DNA of 64,000 nucleotides from the human T2T-CHM13v2.0 reference genome, Homo sapiens, in NCBI RefSeq assembly GCF_009914755.1, contig NC_060947.1; one strand, 5' to 3'. A program made the translations under genes and the position numbers. Below the pieces are notes generated by a model that did not search any database, was not told the origin of the DNA, and was given only the letters and a program-made list of their open reading frames with translations. The number at the start of each line of letters is the position of its first letter. Positions within the stretch are counted from its first letter, which is position 1. Below are positions 44,869-58,484 of this stretch, piece by piece.

Positions 44869-44880
44869 GGCCAATGGGAG
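44869..44880 (+). promoter_or_regulatory. CCAAT box (GGCCAATGGGAG), NF-Y site
   Basis: Matches the extended NF-Y consensus; about 60 nt upstream of the presumed TSS. Confidence 0.7.
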
Positions 44881-45949
44881 CCTGCGATCAGCTCAGGACA
44901 GTCCCTGGCCTCAGCCCAGAACCCAAGAGTTGGGAGGGGGGAAGAGAGATGGCTGCCTGCAACTGGACTGCCTCTTCCTCACACAAATCAGCTACATCTA
45001 CGGCCAGGGCTCTCTATACCTTCCTGAATAGCTGTGAACACCGAGCATCCCTGTGACTATAGTAGTTACATGCCAGCCATTTGAGCAGGTGCTGCCTGGC
45101 CTTCCAACTTGACATTGGGTTTTAACAAAATTGTTACATGCTGCCAAAATCAAATGATAGCATAAGGAAATACAGTCCTTTGTGGTCAGTGTTCGATTGA
45201 CAGGTAAATATTCAGTTTTACTAAAATCAATAAGGTGTCCATCGAGCCTTTAGAATTTTACAGTAAAAGCAAGTGTACTATTATACGTGACTGGTTGGCT
45301 CTGATGACTGAGGAAAGAAACTATGGTTTTTATTCATCCAACCTCAATTCCTATTCTGGCAGAAGCTTTTTGGGTGATCACCATTATACCATTCCAGAAA
45401 AGAAGTCAAGCCACATGTTACATCATTTAACAGTCACTTGATATACTTCCCAGATTTGCTGGATGCCATGAGAGATATAGAATTCATTGATTCTCTGCTA
45501 TCATAGAACTTGCAACATCGTTTGGAAGACAAGATTAGCACACAGTAAATATTCACAACAATAAAATAAAGTACATGATCATGTGCTCAGTCATTAACTA
45601 CAGACAAGAGCTACATTATTTAATTATTGGAGACATCAGTGAGGTGAAAAGTCAGGGAAGCATTTTATGTAATTAAAACTTGAGATGGTTCTTGAATGGT
45701 GGATAAGAGCAGATGGAAGTCACCGTCTTAAAGGGGAAAGATAGGCAAAGGTAGAGACGTATAAATTCATATGATGTGAGGAAGCCCATGATGAAATCAG
45801 CTTGACAAATAGAGGGCATATGCTGAGGACTAGTGGTAGATGGAATTGGCTAATAATAAAAGCCTTTGAAAATAGGCAGATAACTTTTATTTGATTAAAA
45901 GCCACCAAAAGCCATAAAGCATGTGACCTCAATCCTCTATAGTCAATTA

Positions 45950-47700
45950 TCTACAGAGGAGTTTAGGTGATTTTTTAAAACAAAAGCCAGATTATGCTCA
46001 ACTTCAGATTGTTCAATGGTTTCCTTTCACATATACAATAAAATGCAGATTTCTTACCATGTCCTCAAAGCCCTAAATGATCTGGCCTCCGCCATCTTTC
46101 TGACCTCACCTCCTGTCACTCAGCCACTAATTCACAAATATATTAATCTTCTATTTCTCAAACAAGTCAAGCTCATGTCCACAGCAGTGACCCTGTACTG
46201 TTGTACTGTCTGATCTTTATATGACTTACTCCATCACTTGATTGAAATCTTTGCTCAAATGCAACCTCTTTAAAGAGGTTTTCCTATTTAAAATTGTGAT
46301 ATCCTTAACACTCTCTATACCCTTTTTTCTGTTTCATTTTTCTTCATAGTATTTATTATTATTAAATGTATTTTATATATTTAGTTATTGCAAATGTAAG
46401 CTCTATGAAGGCAGGGATTTTTGTCTGTTTTGTTTATTATTATATCCCTCAAATCTAGAAAGCCTCTAAATACAAAGTAGACAAATAAGTAAGTACGTAT
46501 TGAATGAATGACTGAAAGCACATTTTTCAAGTCATTAATTTGCATTTTCAGTAACATTGCGATAGGCTGGAGTGAGAGAGACCAGTTAGACAGTTGTAAT
46601 GCTAACCCAGCTTCTAGGTGACACACCCCTAGATTAGGGTGTTAAAAATGATGAAATATGAGACTTTCAAAGAAGGAATTATATGGGTAAAGTGGAGGAT
46701 TCAGAAATAGCCTATTGATAATTGATTAACGTATTCATAAATTACGTTTATGAATTACCTGAAACTGAAGTGATATGAGAAAAAGGATCAGAGTCCCTAC
46801 CCTTGAAGGGTTTATAATGCAAAGACACAAGAAGACTTGTATGAAATCACAGTACAAATAGAGGCAATTAAATTAATCCAATTTTTCCTTCCTCTTTTCC
46901 CCTCTCACTCTGTAGCTAAGCCACTAGTATGTTTGAAGACTGTACCTTCAAATTAGGCCCCAAATCTGAATACTCTGTACCTCCTCTATCACCGTTACAC
47001 TAAAGTCACTGTAACTTCTAGTTTGAAATACTGCAAAAGCATCTTACATCGTTTATTTTCTTCCACTCTTGTCCTTCTTCAAAAGTTTCTCTTAACATCA
47101 GTCAAAATATTCTTTATAAAGTTTGAATCAGACCATATCACTACCTGATTTAAAGCCCTCCAAATGCATCTCATTACATTAACAATAAAGTCCCAAGTCC
47201 TTTCTATGGTGTATTTCCCACCATTTGTTCCTGCCCTGGCTCATTATGCTGTAGCTACTCTGGTCTTTTTGGTTATCTGTTTTCTCTCTGGAATGCCTAT
47301 TTCCTCTTCAGAGACTTTGCATTTGCTATTATTTCTTGGGAAACTCTTTCCCCAGATCTTCACATAGCATACTTCACATAATTCAGGCTGTCTGCTAAAA
47401 TGTTACCTTCTCAGATGGGACTTCATGGACCAATCAATTTAAAATAGCATTGCCCCACCACCACCACAATTATCTGTCTCCTGTATCTTCTTGCTGTGCT
47501 TAATTTTTCTCATATCACTATGGAAAAATACATTATTAGTTTTGTTGGTTAGTTATTTTGCCTTTCCCCAACAGAATGAAAAGTTCAAGAGGGTAGGAAG
47601 TTGCCTCTCTTATTACTGTTATATCTCCAGTACCTAGAGTTGTAGTGGTACCTAGCATTAAGTAGGCACTCAATGGGTCTTTGTTGAATGAATAGATAGG
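45950..47700 (+). mobile_element. L2 fragments (~45950-46512 and ~46900-47700)
   Basis: L2 3'-end motifs: tgtaagctctatgaaggcagggatttttgtctgttttg; taggcactcaat...gttgaatgaat. Confidence 0.7.
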
Positions 47701-47789
47701 GGAGAGCATAGATTGTGTAGTGCAGTAATAGGTATTCAGGGATGAGAGATGTTTTCAATACATGCCTAAGATACCGGTACCTGTCCTGT

Positions 47790-48570
47790 TCACAATATAT
47801 CAATTAAAAGCATGTTTATTGAACTTGTAAGTAAAAAGTATCTAAGTAGAATAATTAAACCATGGATATTAACCAAGATTTCAAAGATCTCAAAAGACTC
47901 AACAAACAAATGCAATAAAATGAAGTTTGACATGGATAAACAGTAAGTCTTGATTCTAGGTTTACAAAAATCAGTTGCATAAGTACAGGAAGGGCAATAA
48001 ACACCTAAGTTGGGAAGTTCATCTAAAAATTCTGTAAATTCAATATGAACTGGTATAACAAAGCTGTTAAACAAGATAATTCATACTTAAACTACATTAA
48101 TAAAAAGTTATTATCTGAATCAAGAGAGTTAAGGGTTCTACTAGTCTCTACCCTAGTCAGACCACACTTGGTCTCTTCTGTTGATTATCCTTATTTTAAA
48201 ATAAACATTCACAAATAGCTGCATTTAGAGAAGAAAAACCAGGATGATGAGGCATCTAAAAAATACATGATTTGAGGCAAGTCTCCAGGAGCTGAGGATG
48301 CTTAGCTTAAAGAGGAGAAGATCTCAAGAATATATAACTACCTTCAAATATTTGAAAGACTGCTGAGCAAAGACAAATGTGACTTATGTTGTGGTTTTCC
48401 AGAGGGCACTACCAAGGCCAAAATGGATAACTGATGGGAAAAAAAAGTCTCAGCTTAAAATTCAAGTGTTCAAAAATGATAGAGACTGTTTTGTAAAGTC
48501 AAAAGGCCTCAATCACTGGGAATGTTTCAGTGACCATCAGTCAGCAACGTTGAAGGATTATCTATATTGA
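47790..48570 (+). mobile_element. L3/CR1 fragment
   Basis: CR1-like motifs (ctagtcagaccacacttgg; gaggagaagatc...ccttcaaatatttgaaagactg). Confidence 0.65.
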
Positions 48571-49104
48571 GTGACTGCTAAAGTTGATTTCAACACAAAA
48601 TTTACCGATTTTTGGATTATGTCAGAAGGAAGTTAGTCAGGAAAATGCCTTAAAGAAAAAAGTGAGTTTGGTATTTTAAGATTTGGTTTAGTCTGGTGGA
48701 GCTGAATCTAGGTTGGGGTACCACTAATAAAAGATAACCAATTTACTGCTCTCCCATTCTTCATTGGGGGAAAAAAACATGTTCACAGTGCATTTTGGGT
48801 GAACATAAAACTGCATACACCAAAGAAAGTTCTCCCAACTTAATTTTTTTCTTAATTTTCCAATTAATAAGGAATTTATTCTTAAGTTCATTTTAACCAA
48901 CACAATCATTTATTGATATATGTGAGACCTGCCTAAATGAGCCCAGAACACAGCTCTAACCATTGGATTGCTAGGTTTAAAAAACTAACTTTCAATCTAC
49001 TTAAAGTTACATTAATTTTTCTAGTAGAGCTGATTTTCATTAATCAGAGTCTCTATGCTTTGTTTGTAGGTTATTGAGGCTTTTTTATTCACTTCTATTT
49101 TTCT

Positions 49105-49280
<176 letters not shown>

Positions 49281-49814
49281 GATTTTTACTTTTATTTTGC
49301 CCACCTTTTAGGCCTTTTACAGCTTATTGACAGCTCCATTCAAAGTTGTCCACCAAAAAATGATGAGAAAGCTGAAATTAAGTGTTGTCCTTTTAAATAC
49401 TTCTGATTTGGAGCAGAAGAAAATAATTTTTAAATTACATGTTAAAGTTATGGTTTCTCTGTGGATTTCAATTATCCATTGCAGCCATGTTATTAGTGTT
49501 TTAGTGGAGATGCCATTTGAAGGAACTTTTCTGCTCTTACTGTGGCCAGGTAAAAGTAAACCCTATGATAGAAAACCCTTCTGAATCATTAGTAGACACT
49601 GTCCTTCTCTAATTATTCCATAAATAGCCTCTACAGAACACTAAATTTCTATTTTGTATTTCACTTATTAAGATACCTCATTTTATAGACAATGTATACA
49701 TGACTTGTTCACCTAGAAAATTTTTGAAATAAAACCAATTCTTGAGTGCCACTACGGTTTTTCAGAAGTGATGTATTACTAATATTTCTGGGTTATTTTT
49801 CTACTTTAACTAAG

Positions 49815-49997
49815 CCAATAGTTCTCAACATGTTTTCCCTGGACCAGCAACATCAAAATCACCTGAGAACTCTTTGGAAATGTAAAATCTTGATCCCTAC
49901 CTACAGATTCAAAAACTGTGAATGGAGGGCCAAGAAATTTGTGTTTTAACAAGCTGTCCAGGAAATACTGATGTATGGTAAAGGTTGAGAACAACTG
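49815..49997. mobile_element. MER5A-like hAT DNA transposon
   Basis: caatagttctcaa...ttgagaacaactg inverted ends; ggaccagcaacatcaaaatcacctgagaac. Confidence 0.75.
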
Positions 49998-51432
49998 TAT
50001 TTAGTTATAACTATGGAAGCAGGGGATATAGAGGCAATTTCATTCTACAAATATTTATTTAGCTTTCATTATGTGCAAGCTACATAGAATTTATGAAAAC
50101 ATGATTTTGGTGTTCAAAATATGCAGTCTAGTAGAACAGCCACAGACTTAAGAATGTAAAATAGTGTGATAGTCCTTAAACGTGGGGTGGGAATCTGAGT
50201 TGAGTGGATCTAGGAAAATTAGAGCTATGAATAAGAATGACTGGTTTTGCATAGTAGAGTTTTATTTCTGACATGTCTACTGTTATATCCCTGATATGGC
50301 TCCAAATGTTTCTCCCCCTATTCATGTTAATGATGTCAGGATAAAGTGAGAGACCAGGGAATCAAGTATTCTAATTTAGCAATTTTGCTATAACAAACCT
50401 CTCCTCCCTCAAAAAAAAAAAAAAACATTTTGTATACATCCAGAAAGAATTCCACTTATGTATTTCTCTCTTGAGTGAATGGTGAAATTTACTCATGTTT
50501 CTCTAATTTCATATTGAAATTTATTTGTAGCATGCTATCAAATATATAGGGAACCTATATATTTATATTGATTGACTTCTGAAAGCAACTCGAATCCTAT
50601 TGGTATCAAAAGAGAAGTTTACTTTTTGGAAAGTTTAAATTGTTTGTATTGACATTTTAAAGTGGTTCTCAATCATTTGGGAGATTGAAGATACTTTAGA
50701 TAATACGACAAAGCCATGAACCCTTTCTCCAGAATCATACACACATATAGATTTCATAATATTTATTACTGGAGGTGAATTCCATGGATTTTCTGTAGAT
50801 TATATGTTAACTTGCTGGAGTGGATAGATCCTAGGTAAACAGCGCTCCTGAAAAATGATTTAAGATGATGTACAAAGTGAATTATTTGGTCATAAGAGTG
50901 TTACTAGTCTAGATAACTTGTCTAGAATGTGGTGAGTTACCCATTTAGCACTATGAAGTGTAGGCCAGCCCCAAATGCTTCAAATCAGTATCCTCTTTAA
51001 TACATACAAATATATCAACCACGCACTCATATGAACTGAAAGTTCATTTATCCCCTAGGGGAATTAAAACGTCTGAGGAGTTGAGAGGAACAGTAGTCTT
51101 CAGTTCAAATCAAGAGAGATACATTGAGAATACCTTCGCCCAAATAAGCAAAATATTTCTGAAGAAGCACCTAGATACATGCTTTATCATCCATGTGGTT
51201 ATTAAAAAGACAGCAAAAAAGCTAATTATTATGCTCCACCATGACTTGGGGTGTAGGATGGGTTGAGGAAGGAAAGGAAAAATTGGCTCCTAAAAATCTA
51301 GAGTCATTTGCAAAGCTTTTGAAAAACCATTCTGCATTAAAAACAGAAAGGATTGAAAAGGCTATCTTTGAAGTAAATTGAACAAGGAAAAAGCCTATCT
51401 CATTTTTAAACCATTTTGCCTTCATTTTTTAT

Positions 51433-51734
51433 TTTATTTTTTTTTTTAGACAGAGTCTCATTCAGTTACCCAGGCTGGAGTGCAGTGGCACTGGTGAGAT
51501 CTCAACTCACTGCCACCTCAGCCTCCCATGTTCAAGTGATTCCCATGCCTCAGTCTCCTGAGTAGCTGGAATTACAGGTGCGCACCACCATGACCAGCTA
51601 ATTTTTGTATTTTTAGTAGAGACGGGGTTTCTCCATGATGGCTAGGCTGGTCCCCAACGCCTGACCTCAAGTGATCCACCTGGCTCGGCCTCCCTAAGTG
51701 CTGAGATTACTGGTGTGAGCCACCGCACCCAGCC
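51433..51734 (-). mobile_element. AluS, full length
   Basis: Reverse dimer; TSD tgccttca[t/c]tttttat at 51417-51432 and 51735-51750. Confidence 0.92.
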
Positions 51735-53365
51735 TGCCTTCACTTTTTATGGATAAGAAAAATAAAGTACAAGGAAGCAAAGTGAGTTACCTGAGGTCCA
51801 TAGATCAGTAATTTACTAGATGATATACTTTTGATCACATAAAGTTGATGATCATTTGAAAGTAACTATCAATAGCCCTGTCATTTTCAGTCCTAGCTAA
51901 TGGAAGAAAGTTGAAGAGCCAAGATTTGACAAGGCAAGTTAGGGGCTCAAGGACCAGATCTAAGTAAAGGTGGAACAAATAATCTGAAACTATGTGAATA
52001 GACCAAAGTAGGTGTATATAGAACTGCCAATAGTCAAAACTAGAGAGTGATGCCCAAATTATTGGTAGTTGGAAAAAAATGTAAACACATAGCCATGTAG
52101 CAAAAGTCAGAGAAGGCAAGATTCTAGATTCAGAGGTGTTCAAACTGGGTAACAGAAATCAAGAACCAGTTAAAAAGAATAAGTATCAGAAATCACCAAA
52201 AATATTGGGAAAACAACATTAGGATCTAAATTGGCAGGCCAAAAATGTTGGACAGATGGAAATACAAAGGTCAAGTTAAAGAAGAGGTAGCCAAGGACCA
52301 AACAAAATAAACTCAGGCCAGGTCAATTTGATTTATCAAACAAGTAAGTGAGTAGTAAGGAGTCAAGGCAAATCAAGAAATAAGGAAGTCACAGAAGCTT
52401 AAAGCACAGAGCATGGGTAAGTTAAATGACAGATAGAAATGCCAAGGTGGATCTTGATAAATGAGAGAGTCCTTCAGCTTTGGACTTGAGCTTTAATAAA
52501 CCTAATGTGGCCAGACTGGGCCCTGGAGGTGAGAGCAAGTAATTGAGAACAACTCCCTGCCATGAATTTTGTGTGGGTAAAATAGTACTTTCTGGCAGTC
52601 AGATTCCAACAACAAAACCCAGAGGAAAATATGAAGTGTTTTGAATACCTTAAGAGTTTTTAAGGCAACAGTTTTCTTTCAAACTTAAACGAATATCATG
52701 GTTTCCAGTTGAGAAAATTTTCTAAATGACATAGCAAAATTATTTGGTAGTAAAATTTCCATGATTCCTTTTCAGAGCTTTATACCATATTGTACTACTG
52801 ACTTGCATTACACAGAATATGTGAAAATGTTATATCATAATTTTTTAAGCTTGCCCTATAAAAATTATTTTAATTCTATTACTTTTCCTTTAATAAAAAT
52901 CCCCAATGAACTTCAGAGTATTGATCCATATTGTATTGTCTATATTCACATGCCTTTGTTGACCACTATAATTGAGTTCCATTTCATGCTCACAAATCTA
53001 GTTGGTGATACAGTGCATAGGAAGGAAATATAAAGAGCTTATTTGCGTTGTGTGGTAGTATAACCCATTTTTTTCCCAATTGGTGTAATATGTTAGAGCC
53101 TTCTACAGGTTCTAAAAATCTAAAAATATAAACTGGCAGTGTTAGCAATATGGATTTCTAAGTAGGATTTAGCAATTAGTATGACAAGAGCCATTTTCTT
53201 AACACTTAACATATTCAATTGGCAATATCACCTATAGTTATGCACAGTTGATGCTTATGGCAACCCACATTGGTTTTGTCCTTCATAACCAAGGATTTAG
53301 TATTAAGATCTTGTGTAGCAATACCAAAAGCACAGTTCTTTGCAGCTTTAATACCTGGAAAATCT

Positions 53366-53432
53366 GTTACATTGACCTTCCATTTTAATTACTTTAAGTT
53401 ACATTGACCTTTCATTTTAATTACTTTAAGTT
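53366..53432. repeat. 32-bp tandem duplication (2.1 copies, 1 mismatch)
   Basis: gttacattgacctt[c/t]cattttaattactttaa twice. Confidence 0.93.
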
Positions 53433-53595
53433 TTTAGTATTAGCATAGAGTCTTTATATCCTTCCCTACCTGCAGCCCTTCTTCCTGTTGCCAAAAGCAT
53501 TATATATAAATATATCTGATAATTTTAAAAGCAAGCACATCAAATATTAGTCTTCCTTGGAATAAATGGGGGAAAGAGAAATAGGTGAATATTGA

Positions 53596-53801
53596 TAGTG
53601 GTGTGCTAGAGCCCGTCAGCACTTGCTCAGGAGAGCTGACTGTGCAGATCTCCTCCCAACTCCGCATTCACTGACCTAAAACTAGTGGCTTGAAGCCTGC
53701 CGTGGTGGGGTAGTAACAACATGAAAATTAACAAATGGTACAAATTAGGGCTTCCATTTCACCAGAGAGCCAATTGTTAAACATTTACTAGCACACTACT
53801 G
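53596..53801. mobile_element. MER63-like hAT MITE
   Basis: TIRs tagtggtgtgctag / ctagcacactactg, ~205 bp. Confidence 0.75.
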
Positions 53802-54421
53802 AGGGTATAGGAAAGCAGAATATGAGAACAGAGTATAGAGAAGTACTTTGAAATTAACTAGGAAGGAATGATTAACTTTAATTTGTTTACTACTAAAAGA
53901 TGAGGTCTAGCTGAAAAAATGAGTTTTCATTTGAAAGGAGTGAAAAGATTTCACTATGTTTGCACAGTAAAAATTCACTTTTAAAATTTAAAATAGAATA
54001 ATTTACTTAGCTAATATATTGAATCCAATTCATTCTTGGAATATTGTTATTGGATAGCTAAGCAATTTGGTGATAATAGTAATTCACCTTATCCTAAGTT
54101 TTACCTTTAACGTTATAAAAAAGAATCAAAAGTACCCTTAAATAATATGTCGGGGCTAGCAGGTGTGTCTTTTAAGAAAGTTTATTTGATAGGTAATGGC
54201 GGAGGATGTTGGTGAAGAGAGTTTTAAATATAAGCTAGGCTTGGTAAGGACTACATCAAATAGGTTAGTGTTCTGACTGAGATTTTTAAGCAAGACTTGG
54301 AACTCAGTGATCAGTTATGGAAGCAGGATCTGAAGAAAAAGAAGGTGCGTGCTGAAATGATGTGTGAAATATTGCACAACTGAAAGTAACGCTTGGCAAA
54401 AATGAGCGTTAATACTGCAAC

Positions 54422-55640
54422 AGAAGTCAGTATATTGAAGAGGTATCTGCACTCCCATGTTTACTGCAGCATATTCACAATAGCCAAGATATGGAATCTA
54501 CCTAAGTGTCCATGAACAGAAGAATGAAGAAAATGTGGTACATATACACAATGGTGCACTATTCAGCCATCAAAAAGAATGAGTTCCAGTCATTTGCATC
54601 AATATAGATGGAACTGGAGATCATTATATTAAGTGAAACAAGCCAGGCACAGAAAGACAAAACATCATATGTTCTCACTTATTTGGGGGATCTAAAAATC
54701 AAAACAATTGAACTCATGGACACAGAGAGCAGAAGGATGGTACCAGAGGCTGAGAAGGGTAGAGGGAAGTTGAGATGGAGGTGGGGATGGTTAATGAGTA
54801 CAAAATTACAAAGAATGAATAAGATCTACTATTTGATAGGACAGTAGGGTGACTATAGTCAATAAGAACTTATTAGTATATTTTAGAATAAATTATGTAA
54901 TTGGATTGTTTGTAACTCAAAGTGTAAAGCTTAAAAGGATGGATACCCCGTTTTACATGATGTGTTTATTTCACATTGCATGCTTGTATCAAAATACCTC
55001 ATGTATGCCATAAATATATACACCTACTATGTACCCACAAAATATTTTAAATTATAAAAAAGAAAATGGGGGCTACATATACAAAATGGCATATTATTCA
55101 TCCATGAAAAATAAAATTCTGTCATTTGCAACAACATAGATGGAACTAGAGGATATTATGTTTAATTAAATGAGCCAGGCACAGAAAGATAAATGTCACA
55201 TATTCTTACTCATATATGGAAGCTAAAAAATTGACCTCATGGAGATAGAGAGTATAGCGATGGTTACCAGAGGCTTAAAAGGGTAGTAGGGAGGGGGGAA
55301 AGAAGAGAGTTTGGTTAATGGGTGCAAAAATACAGTTAGATAGTAGGAATAAGATCGAGTATTCAGTAGCACAATAGGGCAACTGTAATTAAGGGTAACT
55401 ATAGTTAACAATTTTATTTTATATCTCAAAATCACTAGAGGAGTAGATTTGGAATGTTCCCAACACAAAGAAATGATAAATGTTTGAGGCAATGGATATC
55501 CCAATCACCCTGTTTTGATCTTTATCCATTGTATGCTTGTATCAAAATATCATGTGTACCTCATAAATATTTACAACTTTTATGCATCCATTAAAATTAA
55601 AAATAGAAATAAAATATAATTTAAAAAATGAAGAAAAGAT
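54422..55640 (+). mobile_element. Two tandem L1MA 3' ends (~54422-55062 and ~55065-55640)
   Basis: L1 3'UTR motifs (atggaact(g/a)ga...agccaggcacagaaaga) occur twice with different subfamily-type tails. Confidence 0.85.
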
Positions 55641-57020
55641 TGCAACAGACCATAGGAACTTCATTTTAAAGACTCATGGATTAGATCTATTTTTACATCA
55701 GTGCCTTCTTTTAGTGAATTACTCTGGATGTTCTGAACAAATTCACCTGGAAACAATGGCCAATAGCCTCAAATATTAAAGGCAACCTCTATTTTATCTG
55801 GACAAAGGTCAGCAATGGCATTCTAAAACTTAGGGAAAAAGTATTCAATATAACTTAGAGTTATAGGGCTGCCAGAGACCACAAGAATTCATCTAGTCAA
55901 CTTTCCTCTTTCTAAATAAACTTGTTCCTAAGTAACATCTTCTGTAATATTTTTAATCTGTGTATATCATGAGCAATAAACTGTGAAGTCTCAGCATACA
56001 TGAATAATTTAATGCTGTAATCAAATAAAACAAAGTCAGAAATTTATAAACTCAGATCTAATCTACATTTACTAAGCTTCCATAATATTGAACAATGTAG
56101 TGGATATATTTATATATGGCATCTCATTTAATCTTCACAACCCAGATAGCATAAATTCTGTTATACAGATAAGAATACTGAATATGAATAACCATGACAA
56201 TAAAGCAGAAATTTATAAACATTCCATGTAAATGACCTTAATTGGCATGAGTTTTGTATAACCAAACAAATGTTTTAGAAATTTTTCCATAGCTAGTACT
56301 ATGAAAAGGAAAACCCACATTTTCCAGATTTAAGGTGTATTCTGTTCCCTTTTTCTCATACCACACCTAGTAATAGTAATATTTGCCATTTTATTGAATG
56401 ATAACTTTATGCCAGATACTATAATAAATTATTTACATATATTTTCTCATTTAAGCTCTACAACAACTCTATGAGAGATTACCATCCCCTTTTTCAGAGG
56501 AGGAGGCAGATCTTACAGAGGCTTGTATGTGGAAGAACCAGGATTCAAACTTATTTGTACTTAACTTCAAAGCCCGTTATTCTTAAGCACTTTGCTATAC
56601 TGCTTTCTGTGGTATTTACATTCTTTTCTAAAAAAAAAAGGTCTTATCAGGAAAATTTGATTATGGACTATGTAGTAGATGGTACCAAGAAATCATTTTC
56701 ATTTTGGTAAGTATAATATTAGCATTATGATTGTGTAAGAAAATGTTCATTTTTATAGAGATACATACTAAAATATGTACAGATGAAAAAATGTGATATC
56801 CAGGTTTCGCTTTGAAATAGTCAACAAAATAAGGGGTTTAGATAGAGCAAAAGTGGCAAAATGTTGAAAATTTTCAATCTGAGTTATGGATGTATGGGGC
56901 TTTTTTTTCTCTTTTTACTTTTGTGTATATTTAAAGTTTATATAACTATTATTTTTAAAGACGTCATGAGCCTAATATCCAGCAAGCCCTCTGAGGACCT
57001 GCTCTTTCTTAGCTCTACCT

Positions 57021-58092
57021 CATTGGGGCACCTGCCCCAATAATCACGTAGGTTCTTTTCTATTTTTCCTAAGTGTCAGCTGACTTGAGAAATAAAGGGA
57101 CAGAGTACAAAAGAGAGAAATCTTAAAGCTGGGCATCCGGGGGAGACATCACACGTTGGTAGGATCCGTGATGCCTCCCAAGCCACAAAAACCAGCAAGT
57201 TTTTATTAGAGATTTTGAAAAGGGGAGGGAGTGTGCGAATAGGTGTGGGTGACAGACATCAACTACTTAACAGGGTAACAGAATATCACAAGGCAAGTGG
57301 AGGCAGGGCAACATCACAGGACCACAGGACCCAGGCAAAATTAAAATTGCTAATGAAGTTTTGGGTACTACTGTCATTGATAACATCTTATCAGGAGACA
57401 GGGTTTTGAGATCAACCGGTCTGTCCAAAATTTATTAGGTGGGAATTTCCTCTTCCTAATAAGCCTGGGAGTGTTATGGGAGACTGGAGTATATTTCGTC
57501 TCTGCAGTTTCGACCATAAGAGACAGGCCACGCCCAGGGAGGCTGTTTATAAGCTGATACCTCCAGGCGCGTATTCTCTTTCTCAGGGATGTTCCATGCT
57601 GAGAAAAAGAATTCAGCGATATTTCTCCCATTTGCTTTTGAAAGAAGAGAAATATGGCTCTGTTCTGCCTGGCTCACTGGCGGTCAGAGTTTAAGGTTAT
57701 CTCTCTTATTCCCTGAACAATTGCTGTTATCCTGTTCTTTTTTCAAGATGCTCAGATTTCATATTGCTCAAACACACATGCTATACAATTTGTGCAGTTA
57801 ACGCAATTATCACATGGTCCTGAAGCGACATACATCCTCCTCAGCTGACAGGATTAAGAGATTAAAGTAAAGACAGGCATAGGAAAGCACAAGGGTATTG
57901 ATTGGGAAAGTGACAAGTGTGCATGAAATCTTTACAATTTATGTTTAGAGATTGCAGTAAAGACAAGCATAAGAAATTACAAAAGTATTAATTTGGGGAA
58001 CTAATAAATGTCCATAAAATCTTCACAATCCACGTTCTTCTGCCATGGCTTCAGCCGGTCCCTTTCTTTGGGGTCCCTGACTTCCCGCAACA
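57021..58092 (-). mobile_element. Solo MER11 LTR (MER11C-sized; HERV-K11/HML-8 group)
   Basis: Minus strand starts TGTTGCGGGAAGTCAGGGACCCC; 1072 bp; 6-bp TSD ctacct at 57015-57020 and 58093-58098. Confidence 0.9.
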
Positions 58093-58484
58093 CTACCTCA
58101 ATGGCCAAGAGGACTGTTTTCCATATTCTTACCCACACTGTGCCTTCTATCTAAAGGGCCATGCACAGCAGAACCAACTGGTTCATATTCCATATTTCCT
58201 ACCATGAATAAACTGCTTTATATCTTGGATACCAAAAAGCCTTGAAGGTAATAGAAATTCATAGCTACAGGAAGTTACAGTATGGTCATTATGCCTTGAC
58301 CATCCTATAAAAAAAAAAAAAAAGACACACTGTCTTCTGAGACACTTACCCAGCCTTAATTTTTTTTCTTCTACAAATTATCATGATATGACATTATATT
58401 ATATATTGTTTATTTGTTAATTGTCTTCTTCTTTCCTTCATAGATGGTAAGTTCCATGAGGGAAGGAATCTTGTCTGTGTTTTT

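Larger units (their letters stand above)
44190..44900. promoter_or_regulatory. CpG-island-like HDX promoter region
   Basis: Local GC and CpG enrichment in AT-rich DNA; clustered CRE, CCAAT, GC-box, NRF1-like and ETS motifs; no obvious TATA box. Confidence 0.85.

Noticed and set aside
44104-45056. Cluster of 60-125-aa ORFs at the promoter
   Set aside because: Expected from stop-codon depletion in GC-rich DNA; most lack ATG starts.
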